A DNA stretch of 64,000 bases, taken from positions 416,001 to 480,000 of the forward strand of contig CAVQKE010000001.1 of the NCBI GenBank assembly GCA_963713045.1. The letters are read 5' to 3'. The position numbers and the translations under genes were made by a program. Shown piece after piece: positions 39,701-47,829 of the stretch (its first letter is position 1; each line of letters begins with the position of its first letter). This stretch comes from an uncultured delta proteobacterium (lineage in GTDB: Bacteria > Myxococcota > Myxococcia > Myxococcales > Myxococcaceae). The notes beneath the pieces are model-generated. The model ran no database searches and had not been told where the DNA came from. It saw nothing but the letters and a program-made list of their open reading frames with translations.

Positions 39701-39889
39701 GCGCTCGGTCTCCTCCGCGCTCCAGCCCGGGGGCTGGGCGATGACTTCCACCAGCGGAGGAACCGGGTTGGGGTAGGCCTCGATGGGCAGTCTTTGAAAG
39801 GCCAGCAGTCCGACGATGAGGAGGGCGACTGCGAGCAGGACGATGAGGATTCGGTTTCGCAGCGCGAACGCGACAAGATTGCGGACCAT
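36713..39889 (-). CDS. CzcA/CusA-family heavy-metal RND efflux permease (divalent-cation type)
   Basis: LPIEAYP, SQSLFGLS, TM4 SLGAVDFGIVVDSTVIMMEN, KEFMPKLEEG, GRPDDGTD, RFRPALMT; 1058 aa. Confidence 0.95.
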   Translation of the reverse strand: MVRNLVAFALRNRILIVLLAVALLIVGLLAFQRLPIEAYPNPVPPLVEVIAQPPGWSAEETERYVTVPLEIALAGMRGLDHIRSQSLFGLSDVKCYFKWGVDYWDARQEVINRLQFVSLPAGISASLSPWNAIGEVFRYNLRGKGYSLIDLKTAEDWILERQWRQVPGVIDVTSFGGRTKEYHVEVDPYLLRGRGVTLAQLDAALANANQNVGGQRLTIGQQAYTVRGIGLINSLRDIDNVVILEQKGVPVRVRDVATVTIGNAPRLGIVGRDGDDDVVQGTILMKYGGETAATLQGIHERLAYIRKYHLLPPGMEIEPFYDRGQLVKVTTHTVLENLLMGMGLVTLVLILFLGNLRAAFITALNVPLALMVAFIGMVATGTPANLISLGAVDFGIVVDSTVIMMENIFRHLSESSGGPTEERILAAASEVGRPMAFSTVIIGFAFLPLFTLTGVSGVIFRPMSHTYAFAIGGAIFLALTLTPVLASWLFRIATPEEQADKPIWLKRLVEAHIDPDEEVTNPVMRFLHAVYQPFWDAALRRPKLASSLVLVPILACVVLYPLLGKEFMPKLEEGNFWIRATLPMSISLEESSKHVSRMRQIIRSHPEVVTVTSQTGRPDDGTDVTGFHNLEFFAPLKPFEDWPRGLTKEKLTATLQAELQREYPGVVFNFSQYISDNVEEALSGVKGENSVKVVGPDIKSNDSVANAVLATISKVKGVEDVGIFLSLGQPSIKIVPDRAQADRYGLNTGDVEAVVQAAIGGQAVTQVYEGEKNFALTVRWLPQYRGDVDSIGNITVSSPDGSQIPLKQLATITSEDSPSVVYREDGRRYTPVKFSVRGRDLASTIQEAQQKIEDAVRFPPETNLIWAGEINELKDAEARLQFVVPITLLVIAFLVYSAVRNWLATIIVLVNIPVACSGGILALLITRENLSVSAAMGFVSIFGIAVQDALIMVPYFQQLHAKGMAIEDAARQAAEKRFRPALMTTLVATLGLMPAALSHGIGSQTQKPLAIVIIGGSLMVAFLTRILQPPMVVVAWRWLDERAARKARRPLAPAGTPA

Positions 39890-39903
39890 GGAGGTTGTTC
39901 TCG

Positions 39904-42120
39904 CTACATTCCGAGGAGGAAAATGGAACCGTCGGTGGCGACTCGCTCCCCGGCGGACAGACCGCTCAGCACCGGAACGACCTCTCCGGGGAACGCGTCG
40001 TTCGCCACCACCCTCCGGCGGCTGAAGCTGAGCTTGCCGTCTGCCGCGGGCTTCTGCTGGACGAAGACCACCGTCTCGTCACCATCGCGCAGGATGGCGT
40101 CGCGCGGAACGGTGAGCGCAGCCCGCACCGGGGCGGCGACCTTGACCACGCCATACATCTCGGGCCGTAACAGCCCGTCCGGGTTTTCGATGACGGTGCG
40201 AACCTTCGCCGTGCGCATCACCGGGTCCAGCGTGTCCGAGACCCAGTCCACCGTGCCCCGGAACGTCCGGCCAGGGTAGGCCGACACCTGCACGTCGAGC
40301 TGGGCGCCCACCTTGATGTGCGGCAAGTCGGCTTCGTAGACGTCGCCCAAAAGCCACAGCGGGTCAATCTTGCCGATGGTGAACAGCTCCACGACGCTGC
40401 TGGCGCCGGAGTACTGACCCTGCACCTCCAGCCCGGGGTTTGCCATGCGCGCCACGACGTCTCCCTCGATGGGACTTCGGAGAAGAAATTCCTGGCTGAC
40501 GGCGTCGACCGCCCCCTCGCGCAGCAGCTGGCTCTTCTGAGCGGCGCGGTCATATTCCGCCTTCGAGCGGCGGTAGTTGTCCTCCGCCGCCTCGAGGTCA
40601 CGCTGGGCGCTGGCCTTCTCCACGTACATCTCTCGCTGCCGCTGCACCTCGTGCTCTGCGGCAACGAGGTCGGCCCTGGCCTTCAACTCATCGGAGAAGG
40701 CGCTGCCAACATCCGGAGAGAGGATGGTGGCCAGCGGTCCGCCCTTCCTGACGTGGTCGCCCGGAGCAGCCAGCAGCTTGGTGATGCGGCCGTTGACCGG
40801 TGAAAAAATGTGGGTCACCAGCATGTCGTCGAACGTCAGCCGGCCGCCCACCGTGACGGCGTGCGGCACGTCCAGTTGCTTCACCAGGGCCGTTGAGACT
40901 TTGTTGATGGCCTCCTCGGTGGAAAGAGTGACCGTCTCGCCGGAGAGCTGATTGCTCGGCGCAGCCTCGACCAGCACCTTCTCGCCCTCGGTCAACCCAG
41001 CGAGGACAGGCACCGGCCCCGAGTTGGTGGGGTCCACCGGAAGCTGTCCGCTCGAAGCGGCCGGGTCCACCCGTCCCGAGTTGTTCGGGACCTGCACCGG
41101 CCGGCGCTTGAAGACCTGGCGCCCGTCAGGGCGGGTCCCCGCAGCGACATAGACGAAGGGATGCTCATCGATGCGGACAATCGCCTCGCGTGGAATTGCC
41201 AGCTTCTCCACCGTGGGCCGCTCGATGACCACGGTGGCATACATTTCCGGCTTGAGGAGCGCCTCTGGATTTGGAACCGACGCGCGAACGCGCGCGGTGC
41301 GCAGTGCCGGGTCGAGGGCGGGGCTAATCCAGTCGACGGTGCCCTTGAAGACGTGGTCCGGGTAGGCGAGGACGCGGATGTCCACCGGCGCTCCGAGTCG
41401 CAGCTGGGACACGTTCTCCTCGGGGACGTCGGCGAACACCCACACCGTGTCGATGTCGCCAATGGTGAAGAGCTCGACGGCGGTGCCCCCGGAGAACTGT
41501 CCCTGGATTTCCAAGCCCGGGTTGACCGCCCGCGCGACCACCCGGCCCGCGATGTGGCTGGGAAGGGTGTACTCCTGAGTCACTCGGTCGATTTGCCCTG
41601 AGCGCAGCAGTCGCAGCCGCTGCAGCGCGCGCTCGTCCTCGGCCTTCGCCTTGCCGTAGTTGTCCTCGGCCGTCTCGTAGTCGCGGCTGGAGGCCGCTTT
41701 GTCCGCATACAGCTTCTTCTGGCGGTCGAGGTCGTGCTCGGCAGCAATCAAGTCCGCGCGCGCCTTCACCTCGTCCGAGAAGGCCGAGCCGACGTCCGGG
41801 GAGACGATGGCCACCAGCGGGGTGCCCGGCTTGACGCTTTGCCCGAGCTGCGCCAGCACCCGCGTCACGCGGCCAGTGACCGGCGAAAAAATATGGGACA
41901 CCCGCTCGTCACTGAAGGCGATGCGGCCACCCACCACGATGGACTGAGGAAGCACCTGGGTCTGCGCCTCCACCACCTTCGCCCTGCCATCCTCAAAGGC
42001 AGCGGGCCGAATCCACACCTCGTCCTCGGGGGGCGTCACCAGCTGGGTCGCCACCCGGCGGTGGCAGCCCAAAAGCAGGGCGAAACCAGCCGCCAGGCCC
42101 AAAGAGAGCCCGGTCCTCAT
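39904..42120 (-). CDS. RND periplasmic adaptor (CzcB-like) containing two tandem complete MFP modules
   Basis: Lipobox LLLGC; ATG overlaps the TolC-like gene stop (ATGA); two copies of HIFSPV.GR...SPDVGSAFSDE.KARADL...ELFTIG...GTVDW.S..LDP..RTA.VR...LL.PEMY. Confidence 0.92.
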   Translation of the reverse strand: MRTGLSLGLAAGFALLLGCHRRVATQLVTPPEDEVWIRPAAFEDGRAKVVEAQTQVLPQSIVVGGRIAFSDERVSHIFSPVTGRVTRVLAQLGQSVKPGTPLVAIVSPDVGSAFSDEVKARADLIAAEHDLDRQKKLYADKAASSRDYETAEDNYGKAKAEDERALQRLRLLRSGQIDRVTQEYTLPSHIAGRVVARAVNPGLEIQGQFSGGTAVELFTIGDIDTVWVFADVPEENVSQLRLGAPVDIRVLAYPDHVFKGTVDWISPALDPALRTARVRASVPNPEALLKPEMYATVVIERPTVEKLAIPREAIVRIDEHPFVYVAAGTRPDGRQVFKRRPVQVPNNSGRVDPAASSGQLPVDPTNSGPVPVLAGLTEGEKVLVEAAPSNQLSGETVTLSTEEAINKVSTALVKQLDVPHAVTVGGRLTFDDMLVTHIFSPVNGRITKLLAAPGDHVRKGGPLATILSPDVGSAFSDELKARADLVAAEHEVQRQREMYVEKASAQRDLEAAEDNYRRSKAEYDRAAQKSQLLREGAVDAVSQEFLLRSPIEGDVVARMANPGLEVQGQYSGASSVVELFTIGKIDPLWLLGDVYEADLPHIKVGAQLDVQVSAYPGRTFRGTVDWVSDTLDPVMRTAKVRTVIENPDGLLRPEMYGVVKVAAPVRAALTVPRDAILRDGDETVVFVQQKPAADGKLSFSRRRVVANDAFPGEVVPVLSGLSAGERVATDGSIFLLGM

Positions 42121-43451
42121 TTCCTCAGCTCGCCCGCCATCGCCTGCTCCAGCAGCGCGACGGCAGTCCAATAGTTGGCCAGGTCTTGCGCGTATTCGGC
42201 GCGCGTCGCGGTGTAGGTGCGCTGCGCGTCGAGAAGGTCGAGCAGCGAGGCTGCCCCCTTCTCGTATTGCACCTTGGCGATGTCGCGCGCCTGCTTGGCC
42301 CGGTCCAAAAGCGCCGACTCCATCCGTTCGACTTGCTGGCGCGTCGCGATGAACCCGGCCCAAGCCGATTCGATGTCGGCGACGACGCTGGCCTCGGCCT
42401 TTGCCCGAAGAATTTGCTGGCTGGTGAGGTCGGCCTCGGCCTTCACAATCTCGCCGCGCTGCCAGTAGAAGATGGGGAGGTTGAACGACAGGCCGATGCT
42501 CAGGTTGGGCGGTGAGATGTTGGTGTCGCCCGAGCCGTTGGCCGAGTAGAGGAGAGACAAAGCGAAGTCCGGGACGATTTCGCGGTGAGCGAGCGACAGC
42601 GCTGCCTCAGCGCGCTTTTCCTGCTGCACCAACGCCAGCAAGTCCGGGCGCCGACTGAGCGCGTCCTTCAGCAGCGACTCCCGGGTGGCCGTCGCCAGCG
42701 CCGGCGGCAGCTTGAAGTCGAGTTCCGAGTTGTTCACTTGGAAGTCGGGCACCAGCGCGCGGAAGCCAAGCAAAAACGCGAGCCCCACTTTGGCGGTGCG
42801 CAGGTTCTGCTCGACCTGGGCGAGGGCCTGCTCCGCCTCCAGCGCTGCCACTTGGATTTTGGCGAGGTCCCCTTCGTTGATGGCGCCCAATTCAAAGCGC
42901 CTCTCATTCAACTTCCGGGTGGACAGGTTACTGTCCCGGGTTTCAATTGCGTTCTGCCGTAGCGCCTCCGCCTGCAGCACGGCGATGTAGGCCTGCTTGA
43001 CTTGGGATTCGAGAAGCCGCTGCGCGTCGTCGCGCGAGCGGCGGGCGGCAGCCAGTGCGGCATTCGCGACGTCCTTGCGAAGGCCATATTTGCCCGTGAC
43101 GAAGGTGGAGATGGCGTTGTTGTCCGAAATGCCGACGCTGTAGGAAAGCGCCGAGCAGTCCTGGCCGGTGCCGCAGTCGAAATTCTTGCCCAGCGTGCCG
43201 GAGAGACCGGGATTGGCGACCCCGCTGGCGATGATGAGGTCACCTTCGGCTGACTTGACACTGGCTTCGGCGAGGAGAAGGTCAAAGCCGCGGTGGCGAA
43301 AAATGTCGAGCACTTGGCTTTCGCTCAGCACCTTCGGCAGCGGCGGGGCAGCCTCGAAGGAGTCGGCCGTTTGGGCCACCGCACAGCGGGCAAGCGCCAG
43401 CACCCCGAGCCAGACGCTCGCCTTTGCAAGGGACGCGCTCCGCAATGCCAT
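42117..43451 (-). CDS. TolC/CzcC-family outer-membrane efflux protein
   Basis: Signal peptide, RRPDLLA, FNLPIF, YEKGAASLLDLLDAQRTY. Confidence 0.93.
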   Translation of the reverse strand: MALRSASLAKASVWLGVLALARCAVAQTADSFEAAPPLPKVLSESQVLDIFRHRGFDLLLAEASVKSAEGDLIIASGVANPGLSGTLGKNFDCGTGQDCSALSYSVGISDNNAISTFVTGKYGLRKDVANAALAAARRSRDDAQRLLESQVKQAYIAVLQAEALRQNAIETRDSNLSTRKLNERRFELGAINEGDLAKIQVAALEAEQALAQVEQNLRTAKVGLAFLLGFRALVPDFQVNNSELDFKLPPALATATRESLLKDALSRRPDLLALVQQEKRAEAALSLAHREIVPDFALSLLYSANGSGDTNISPPNLSIGLSFNLPIFYWQRGEIVKAEADLTSQQILRAKAEASVVADIESAWAGFIATRQQVERMESALLDRAKQARDIAKVQYEKGAASLLDLLDAQRTYTATRAEYAQDLANYWTAVALLEQAMAGELRK

Positions 43452-43462
43452 GCGTGGGGCCG

Positions 43463-43478
43463 AGCAAGTCCCAAGCCA
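43463..43478 (-). promoter_or_regulatory. Candidate sigma54 (-24/-12) promoter of the RND operon
   Basis: Minus strand TGGCTTGGGACTTGCT fits TGGC-N7-TTGCW; 11 nt before the ATG at 43451. Confidence 0.55.
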
Positions 43479-43624
43479 CGGCTAAGGGGCTGCAATTGTG
43501 ACCCATTCCGCCGCCCAAGCCGGGGGGAAGGGACAAGATTTTTCTCCGGTGCAACTTCCTTCAACGCGCAGGAAAATTCCGCACACCGCAGACGGCCCCG
43601 GGTGGGCGGCACGCCCTGGGCGCC

Positions 43625-44545
43625 TTAGTCGCTCCACAACGGGCCGTCCGGCACGGCCAGCTGGGCTTCGGCGAAGCGCCGGGCGAGGTCCTCCGGCAGC
43701 GGTGCCACCAGGGTGAGGGCAACGCCCTTCTGTGGGTGTGGCAGCCGGAGGGCATGCGCATGAAGCAGCGGGCGGCCGGCCGCGGCGACGTCGCCGCCAT
43801 AAAGTTTGTCACCCAACAGCGGCGCCCCGACAGCGGCCAGGTGCGCGCGAAGCTGGTGCGTCCGGCCGGTCTGCGGCCAAAGCACCGCCAGCGCATAGCC
43901 TTCCCCCTGGCCCAGTCGACGGAAGTCGCTGACCGCTGAAAGCCCATGCGCCCGTGCCGAGGCGCGCCAGCGCCCCGGGTGACTCGGGTCTCGCGACAGA
44001 GGAAGCGTCACCCGGCCGGAGGCGGGAAGGCCGGGGCCGGTGGCGGCGAGGTACTGCTTTCTCACCTGGCCGGTGCGGAAGGCCCGCGCCAGCGCGCGGG
44101 TGGCCGCGTCCGTCGCGCCAAACAGGGTGAGGCCGGTCGTCCCTTTGTCCAGCCGGTGGACCAGCCCTGCTGGCCGGCCGAGGTAGGCCGAGGCCTGCGC
44201 CGCCAGGCTGGTGGCGCCGCCGGGCGTGGCTTGCGCCGGAAGCCCGGCCGGCTTGTCCACCACCAGCAGCGCGGCGTCTTGGTAGAGGACGCGCAGCGAT
44301 GGACCGGGCGTTTCCTCCGCCAGCACCGAGCGGCCAGACTCTTCCAGCACCACCAGGACGCTTTCTCCGGCCCTCGCCAGCCGCACGGCCCCATCCACCC
44401 GCCGCCCGTCAAGGTAGACCGCCCCGCGCAGAAGCAGCGCTTCGGCCTCGGCCAGCCCAAGGCCCAACCTCCGCGACAACAGTGGCGCCAGCGGGCCGGC
44501 CTCAGTTGGCAGCACGACGAAGCGACGGCGCTTCACCCCGGGCAC
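43625..44545 (-). CDS. RluA/RluD-family pseudouridine synthase
   Basis: S4-like N-terminus, VVDKPAG, VHRLDKGTTG, TGRTHQLRAH, GDKLYG. Confidence 0.93.
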   Translation of the reverse strand: MPGVKRRRFVVLPTEAGPLAPLLSRRLGLGLAEAEALLLRGAVYLDGRRVDGAVRLARAGESVLVVLEESGRSVLAEETPGPSLRVLYQDAALLVVDKPAGLPAQATPGGATSLAAQASAYLGRPAGLVHRLDKGTTGLTLFGATDAATRALARAFRTGQVRKQYLAATGPGLPASGRVTLPLSRDPSHPGRWRASARAHGLSAVSDFRRLGQGEGYALAVLWPQTGRTHQLRAHLAAVGAPLLGDKLYGGDVAAAGRPLLHAHALRLPHPQKGVALTLVAPLPEDLARRFAEAQLAVPDGPLWSD

Positions 44546-44741
44546 TCCCGTCGTCGTGCCGCTGGCCCGCGCCCCGATGCGCCGAGGCAGTCGCTTGACC
44601 GCTGGGCCAACACTCCGTCAGCGTGCCGTCTCCAGTGGCCACCTTCAAGTCCGCGACGCGGGGCGCCTCGCTGTCTGGCTAGCCTCCCCGCCGCCGGTTG
44701 CCGCCCAGGCGCCCAGTGGCATTTCCGCTAGAAAGCCGCCC

Positions 44742-46205
44742 ATGGCCTCGCTTCAGCGACTAGAGGAGGAAGTCGAGTCCTTCGTCCTCGGCACGCAGGA
44801 AGCGCTGGCGGAGGAGGCGACGGGACGGGCGCCGCGCGCGGACATCGCCGCCGTGGAGCGCGCACACCCTTTGCCCGCGTCTGCCGACACCCTGGCCACC
44901 GTCCGAGAGGCAGCGGCCAGTGCCCAGACGCCACAGGCCCAGCGGCCCCGGCTGTTGGCGCTGGTGCCCTTCCTCGCCCACACCGTCGTGGACGCCCGCG
45001 TGCGCGGCGAAGACGACGCCCTGCGCGCTGCCCGGCGCGCCGCCGTCGTCTCGGCGGTGGACGTGGCGCGGCCCTTGGAAGGCGTCTGGCGAGCTGTCGG
45101 GGCGGAGGCGGAGCGTCCGGGCCGCGCGGCCCTGGCGCGCGCCGCGGCCGACGCTGAGGAGGCCCTTCTCGGCGCGGTGCAGCGGCGGTGGGAGGCGGCC
45201 CGCCGCGTGGGAGAGACGCTGGCGGTGCCGCCGCCGGCGCCCGCTGCAGCCCTGGTGACAGAAGCGGTGGAGTTTCTGCGCAACACCGAGGATGCCTACC
45301 GGGACGTCCTTGGCTTCGCCTTGCGGCGTCTGGAGCCCGGGCTGAGGCCCTGGCCGGCGGGCGAGGCCGGGTACCATGACCTTCTGCGGCTGGCCCACCA
45401 GCCGCTTCCCGGGGCCTTTCCCAGCAGCGAAGCCCTGCATCCGCTGCGCCGTTGGCTGGATGCCTCGGGCCTGACGCTGGCGGCTGCCGGGCGGCTGCAG
45501 GTGGCGGAGGGGCCTCAGGAGGCGGCGTGCTTCGCCCTGGAGGTGCCCCAGCGCATTCTGCTTGTGCAACCGGCGGCCGACCGCGGCGCTTTCCCCCAAC
45601 TGGTGGCAGCCGTCGGCCGGGCCCGCGCCCTGGCCGAGGTGGCGCCGTCCGCGTCGCTGCGGGCGCGCAGACTGGGGGACGAAGCGGTGCGTGCCTCGGC
45701 CAGCTGGCTATTCCGCAGCGCCCTGGCGAGTGAGGCTTGGCTGCGGCGCTTTCTCTCGCACGGGAAGGTGACTGCCCGCGAGCTGGCCCGCCTCAGCGCG
45801 CTGGTGCAGCTGGGCGAGTTGCGGCAGCGTGCCGCGCTTCGTCCGCTGGCGGCCGGCCTCGCCGCCTCGGGGCCCACCGAGGCAGGGCTACAGGCGCTGG
45901 CCGCCGCCACGTCCGAGGCGCTTCTGCTTCACGTCCCTTGTGGGGCGCTGCTGCCGGGGCTGGAGGAAGGCCTCGCTGAGGCCGACGGGCTGCGCGCCGC
46001 CGCCCTGGCCGAGTGCCTCCGGTACCAGGCCGAGCAGCGCTTTGATGCGGAGGACTTCCGCAACCCAGCCGCCGCCCGCTGGCTGGCCGCGGTGTGGGCC
46101 CGCGGGGCGGAACTCGACGCCGAGGCACTGGCCAAGGAAGTGGGTGGCGCGCCACTGGCGCTGGCCCCGGTGGGCCACCGGCTGGTGGCCGTCCTGGGCG
46201 CGTAG
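44742..46205 (+). CDS. Helical protein resembling a degenerate M3/M32 metallopeptidase
   Basis: ACFALEVP, LGDEAV, DFRNPAA landmarks but no HExxH. Confidence 0.5.
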   Translation: MASLQRLEEEVESFVLGTQEALAEEATGRAPRADIAAVERAHPLPASADTLATVREAAASAQTPQAQRPRLLALVPFLAHTVVDARVRGEDDALRAARRAAVVSAVDVARPLEGVWRAVGAEAERPGRAALARAAADAEEALLGAVQRRWEAARRVGETLAVPPPAPAAALVTEAVEFLRNTEDAYRDVLGFALRRLEPGLRPWPAGEAGYHDLLRLAHQPLPGAFPSSEALHPLRRWLDASGLTLAAAGRLQVAEGPQEAACFALEVPQRILLVQPAADRGAFPQLVAAVGRARALAEVAPSASLRARRLGDEAVRASASWLFRSALASEAWLRRFLSHGKVTARELARLSALVQLGELRQRAALRPLAAGLAASGPTEAGLQALAAATSEALLLHVPCGALLPGLEEGLAEADGLRAAALAECLRYQAEQRFDAEDFRNPAAARWLAAVWARGAELDAEALAKEVGGAPLALAPVGHRLVAVLGA

Positions 46206-46216
46206 CGGGCAAGTGC

Positions 46217-46528
46217 CTAGCGCTTCTTGCGCAGGGCACGCACAATCTTGCTCTTCGTCGCCGGGTTGGCTGTCCCGCTGGCCGCGGCGGCCTGAAGTGC
46301 GCGCGAGCGCAACACGCGCAACAGCTGCAGTTCCAGCACCAGCAACTCGTCGCCCAACTCGGAGTCCACCGGCGCCACCCGGCCCAGCGGGGCGCGCGTC
46401 TCTTCGGAGACGCCATGGCGAAGTCGCAGCACCCGCTCCTCCAGCAAGGTGAGGGCTGGCGCGCGCCCCAGCGCCGCTCGGACTTCTTCCGTCACCACCG
46501 TGCTCGACCCAGCTTTGCGTTCCGTCAT
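46217..46528 (-). CDS. Small stand-alone sigma70 region-4-like protein
   Basis: LTLLEERVLRLRHG resembles LTxREAKVLRMRFG; LELQLLRVLR resembles IEAKALRKLR; RBS AAGGTGG. Confidence 0.7.
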   Translation of the reverse strand: MTERKAGSSTVVTEEVRAALGRAPALTLLEERVLRLRHGVSEETRAPLGRVAPVDSELGDELLVLELQLLRVLRSRALQAAAASGTANPATKSKIVRALRKKR

Positions 46529-46546
46529 GGCGCCGCCACCTTGTAC

Positions 46547-46562
46547 CTGAACATCCGCTCAG
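46547..46562. promoter_or_regulatory. LexA (SOS) box-like palindrome upstream of the sigma4-like gene
   Basis: CTGAAC-ATCC-GCTCAG; 15/17 match to the M. xanthus LexA consensus CTRHAMRYBYGTTCAGS as I recall it. Confidence 0.62.
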
Positions 46563-46593
46563 AGACACCGCGGACAACCCGCGGTGTTCCAGC

Positions 46594-46621
46594 AACTTAC
46601 GGGGCGGCAGGGGGTGGTCAA
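46594..46621 (-). promoter_or_regulatory. Candidate sigma70 promoter of the sigma4-like gene
   Basis: Minus strand TTGACC-N16-TAAGTT, followed by a 9-bp hairpin ACACCGCGG/CCGCGGTGT (46565-46587). Confidence 0.5.
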
Positions 46622-46665
46622 CTTTTTGAAGGGACAGCCCGGTAGAAGCCTGTCGCAGCGCGTGG

Positions 46666-47715
46666 TTACCCGTCGTCGTCGTCGGCCTCGGCGCCGGCGT
46701 CGGCCTTGCCACCCCGGGGCATCCCGAAGCGGTCCAAGGCGTCGGCAATTCCAGGCGGTTTGTCCACGTCCGGGAGCGCCCCAGCGGGCGCATGCAGCGG
46801 CGGGACCTGGCCAATGCGGCTCACGCGCTGCTCGAGAGACACCTTCAGCGTGGCGGGCTTGGCTCCAGCGGCCCCGGGCACCTCCAGCCGGCCCGCCACC
46901 GAAGCGCGCACCACCACCCCGGTGGCCTGGTCGACAAACACCTCGCCCTTCAGGGCGCGGGGATTCTTCGCGGCCAGGAAGGCCAGGCGCCGACGCGTCG
47001 TCTCGTCCACCCCGCCCCGCGCACTCAGCAGCGGAGGCAGGTTGGGCGGTGGCGGCTGGGGGGCGGAGGGGGAGAGGGACACTTCATAGCGCAGCGCAGG
47101 GCGGCCTTCGTACGTCACCAGGCCCTGGGGCAGAAGCTTGAAGCGCCGGTCGAAAAGGAGGTCCAGCTCGCGCAGCGGCGCCACCACGTCCTCGCGGGTG
47201 CGTTCGGCCATCCCGCGGTCGCGTCGGCGGAGACGAAACTTGCCGAAGCGGTTGCGGGCGTACACCTCGCCATTGACGCGGATGACTTCCAGCCCGACGT
47301 CCTCGCTGTTGTCCACCCGGGCGTGGAAGTCGCCGTTGACGCCTCGCGCGCCCGCCTCCAAAAGCCGCGTCTCGCTCAGCTTGACGGGCGCCTCGGAGGG
47401 GGTGCTCCAATCAAAGGAGACGGTGGCGTCGAAGCGGTGGGCACCGAGGCGTTCCGCCATTTCTGCGGCGCCCATGGTGAGGACCCGCTGGGCCAGTCGC
47501 CCGTCGTCGCCCAGCTGTTCCGGGGCCAGGTGCTCGGCTGCAGAGGCGACGACTTTGGGCGGGTCCTCGGGCGAGAAAATGCGCTGCTTGGCGGCGCGTT
47601 CCCGGGGGTCATGGCACGCCGGCAGGGCCAGCAGCATCACCACTGTGGCGCAAACTCCAACCGGGGAAGCGGGCAGCAGCGGGAGGACCTTCGGCACGGC
47701 GCGAGTTGCCACCAT
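46666..47715 (-). CDS. Hypothetical lipoprotein (possible LppX/LolA-like fold)
   Basis: LALPA|C lipobox; beta-rich body (EVIRVNGEVY, GEVFVDQATG); start uncertain. Confidence 0.65.
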   Translation of the reverse strand: MVATRAVPKVLPLLPASPVGVCATVVMLLALPACHDPRERAAKQRIFSPEDPPKVVASAAEHLAPEQLGDDGRLAQRVLTMGAAEMAERLGAHRFDATVSFDWSTPSEAPVKLSETRLLEAGARGVNGDFHARVDNSEDVGLEVIRVNGEVYARNRFGKFRLRRRDRGMAERTREDVVAPLRELDLLFDRRFKLLPQGLVTYEGRPALRYEVSLSPSAPQPPPPNLPPLLSARGGVDETTRRRLAFLAAKNPRALKGEVFVDQATGVVVRASVAGRLEVPGAAGAKPATLKVSLEQRVSRIGQVPPLHAPAGALPDVDKPPGIADALDRFGMPRGGKADAGAEADDDDG

Positions 47716-47829
47716 ACGTGGGGCCTCGCGGCCGGCACAACCCTTCCCAAACGGGGAGGGCGCGGCAAGGCCCTCCGAGGGCCTTGCCTCCAGGAGGCAG
47801 CTTCCCCTAATGCAAGGCCCGCCTCCGCC

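Noticed and set aside
36713..43451. RND operon as a horizontally acquired island (composition looks less GC-extreme than the flanks)
   Set aside because: No integrase, transposase, tRNA or flanking direct repeats; the oar-ton genes show a similar shift; needs computed codon statistics
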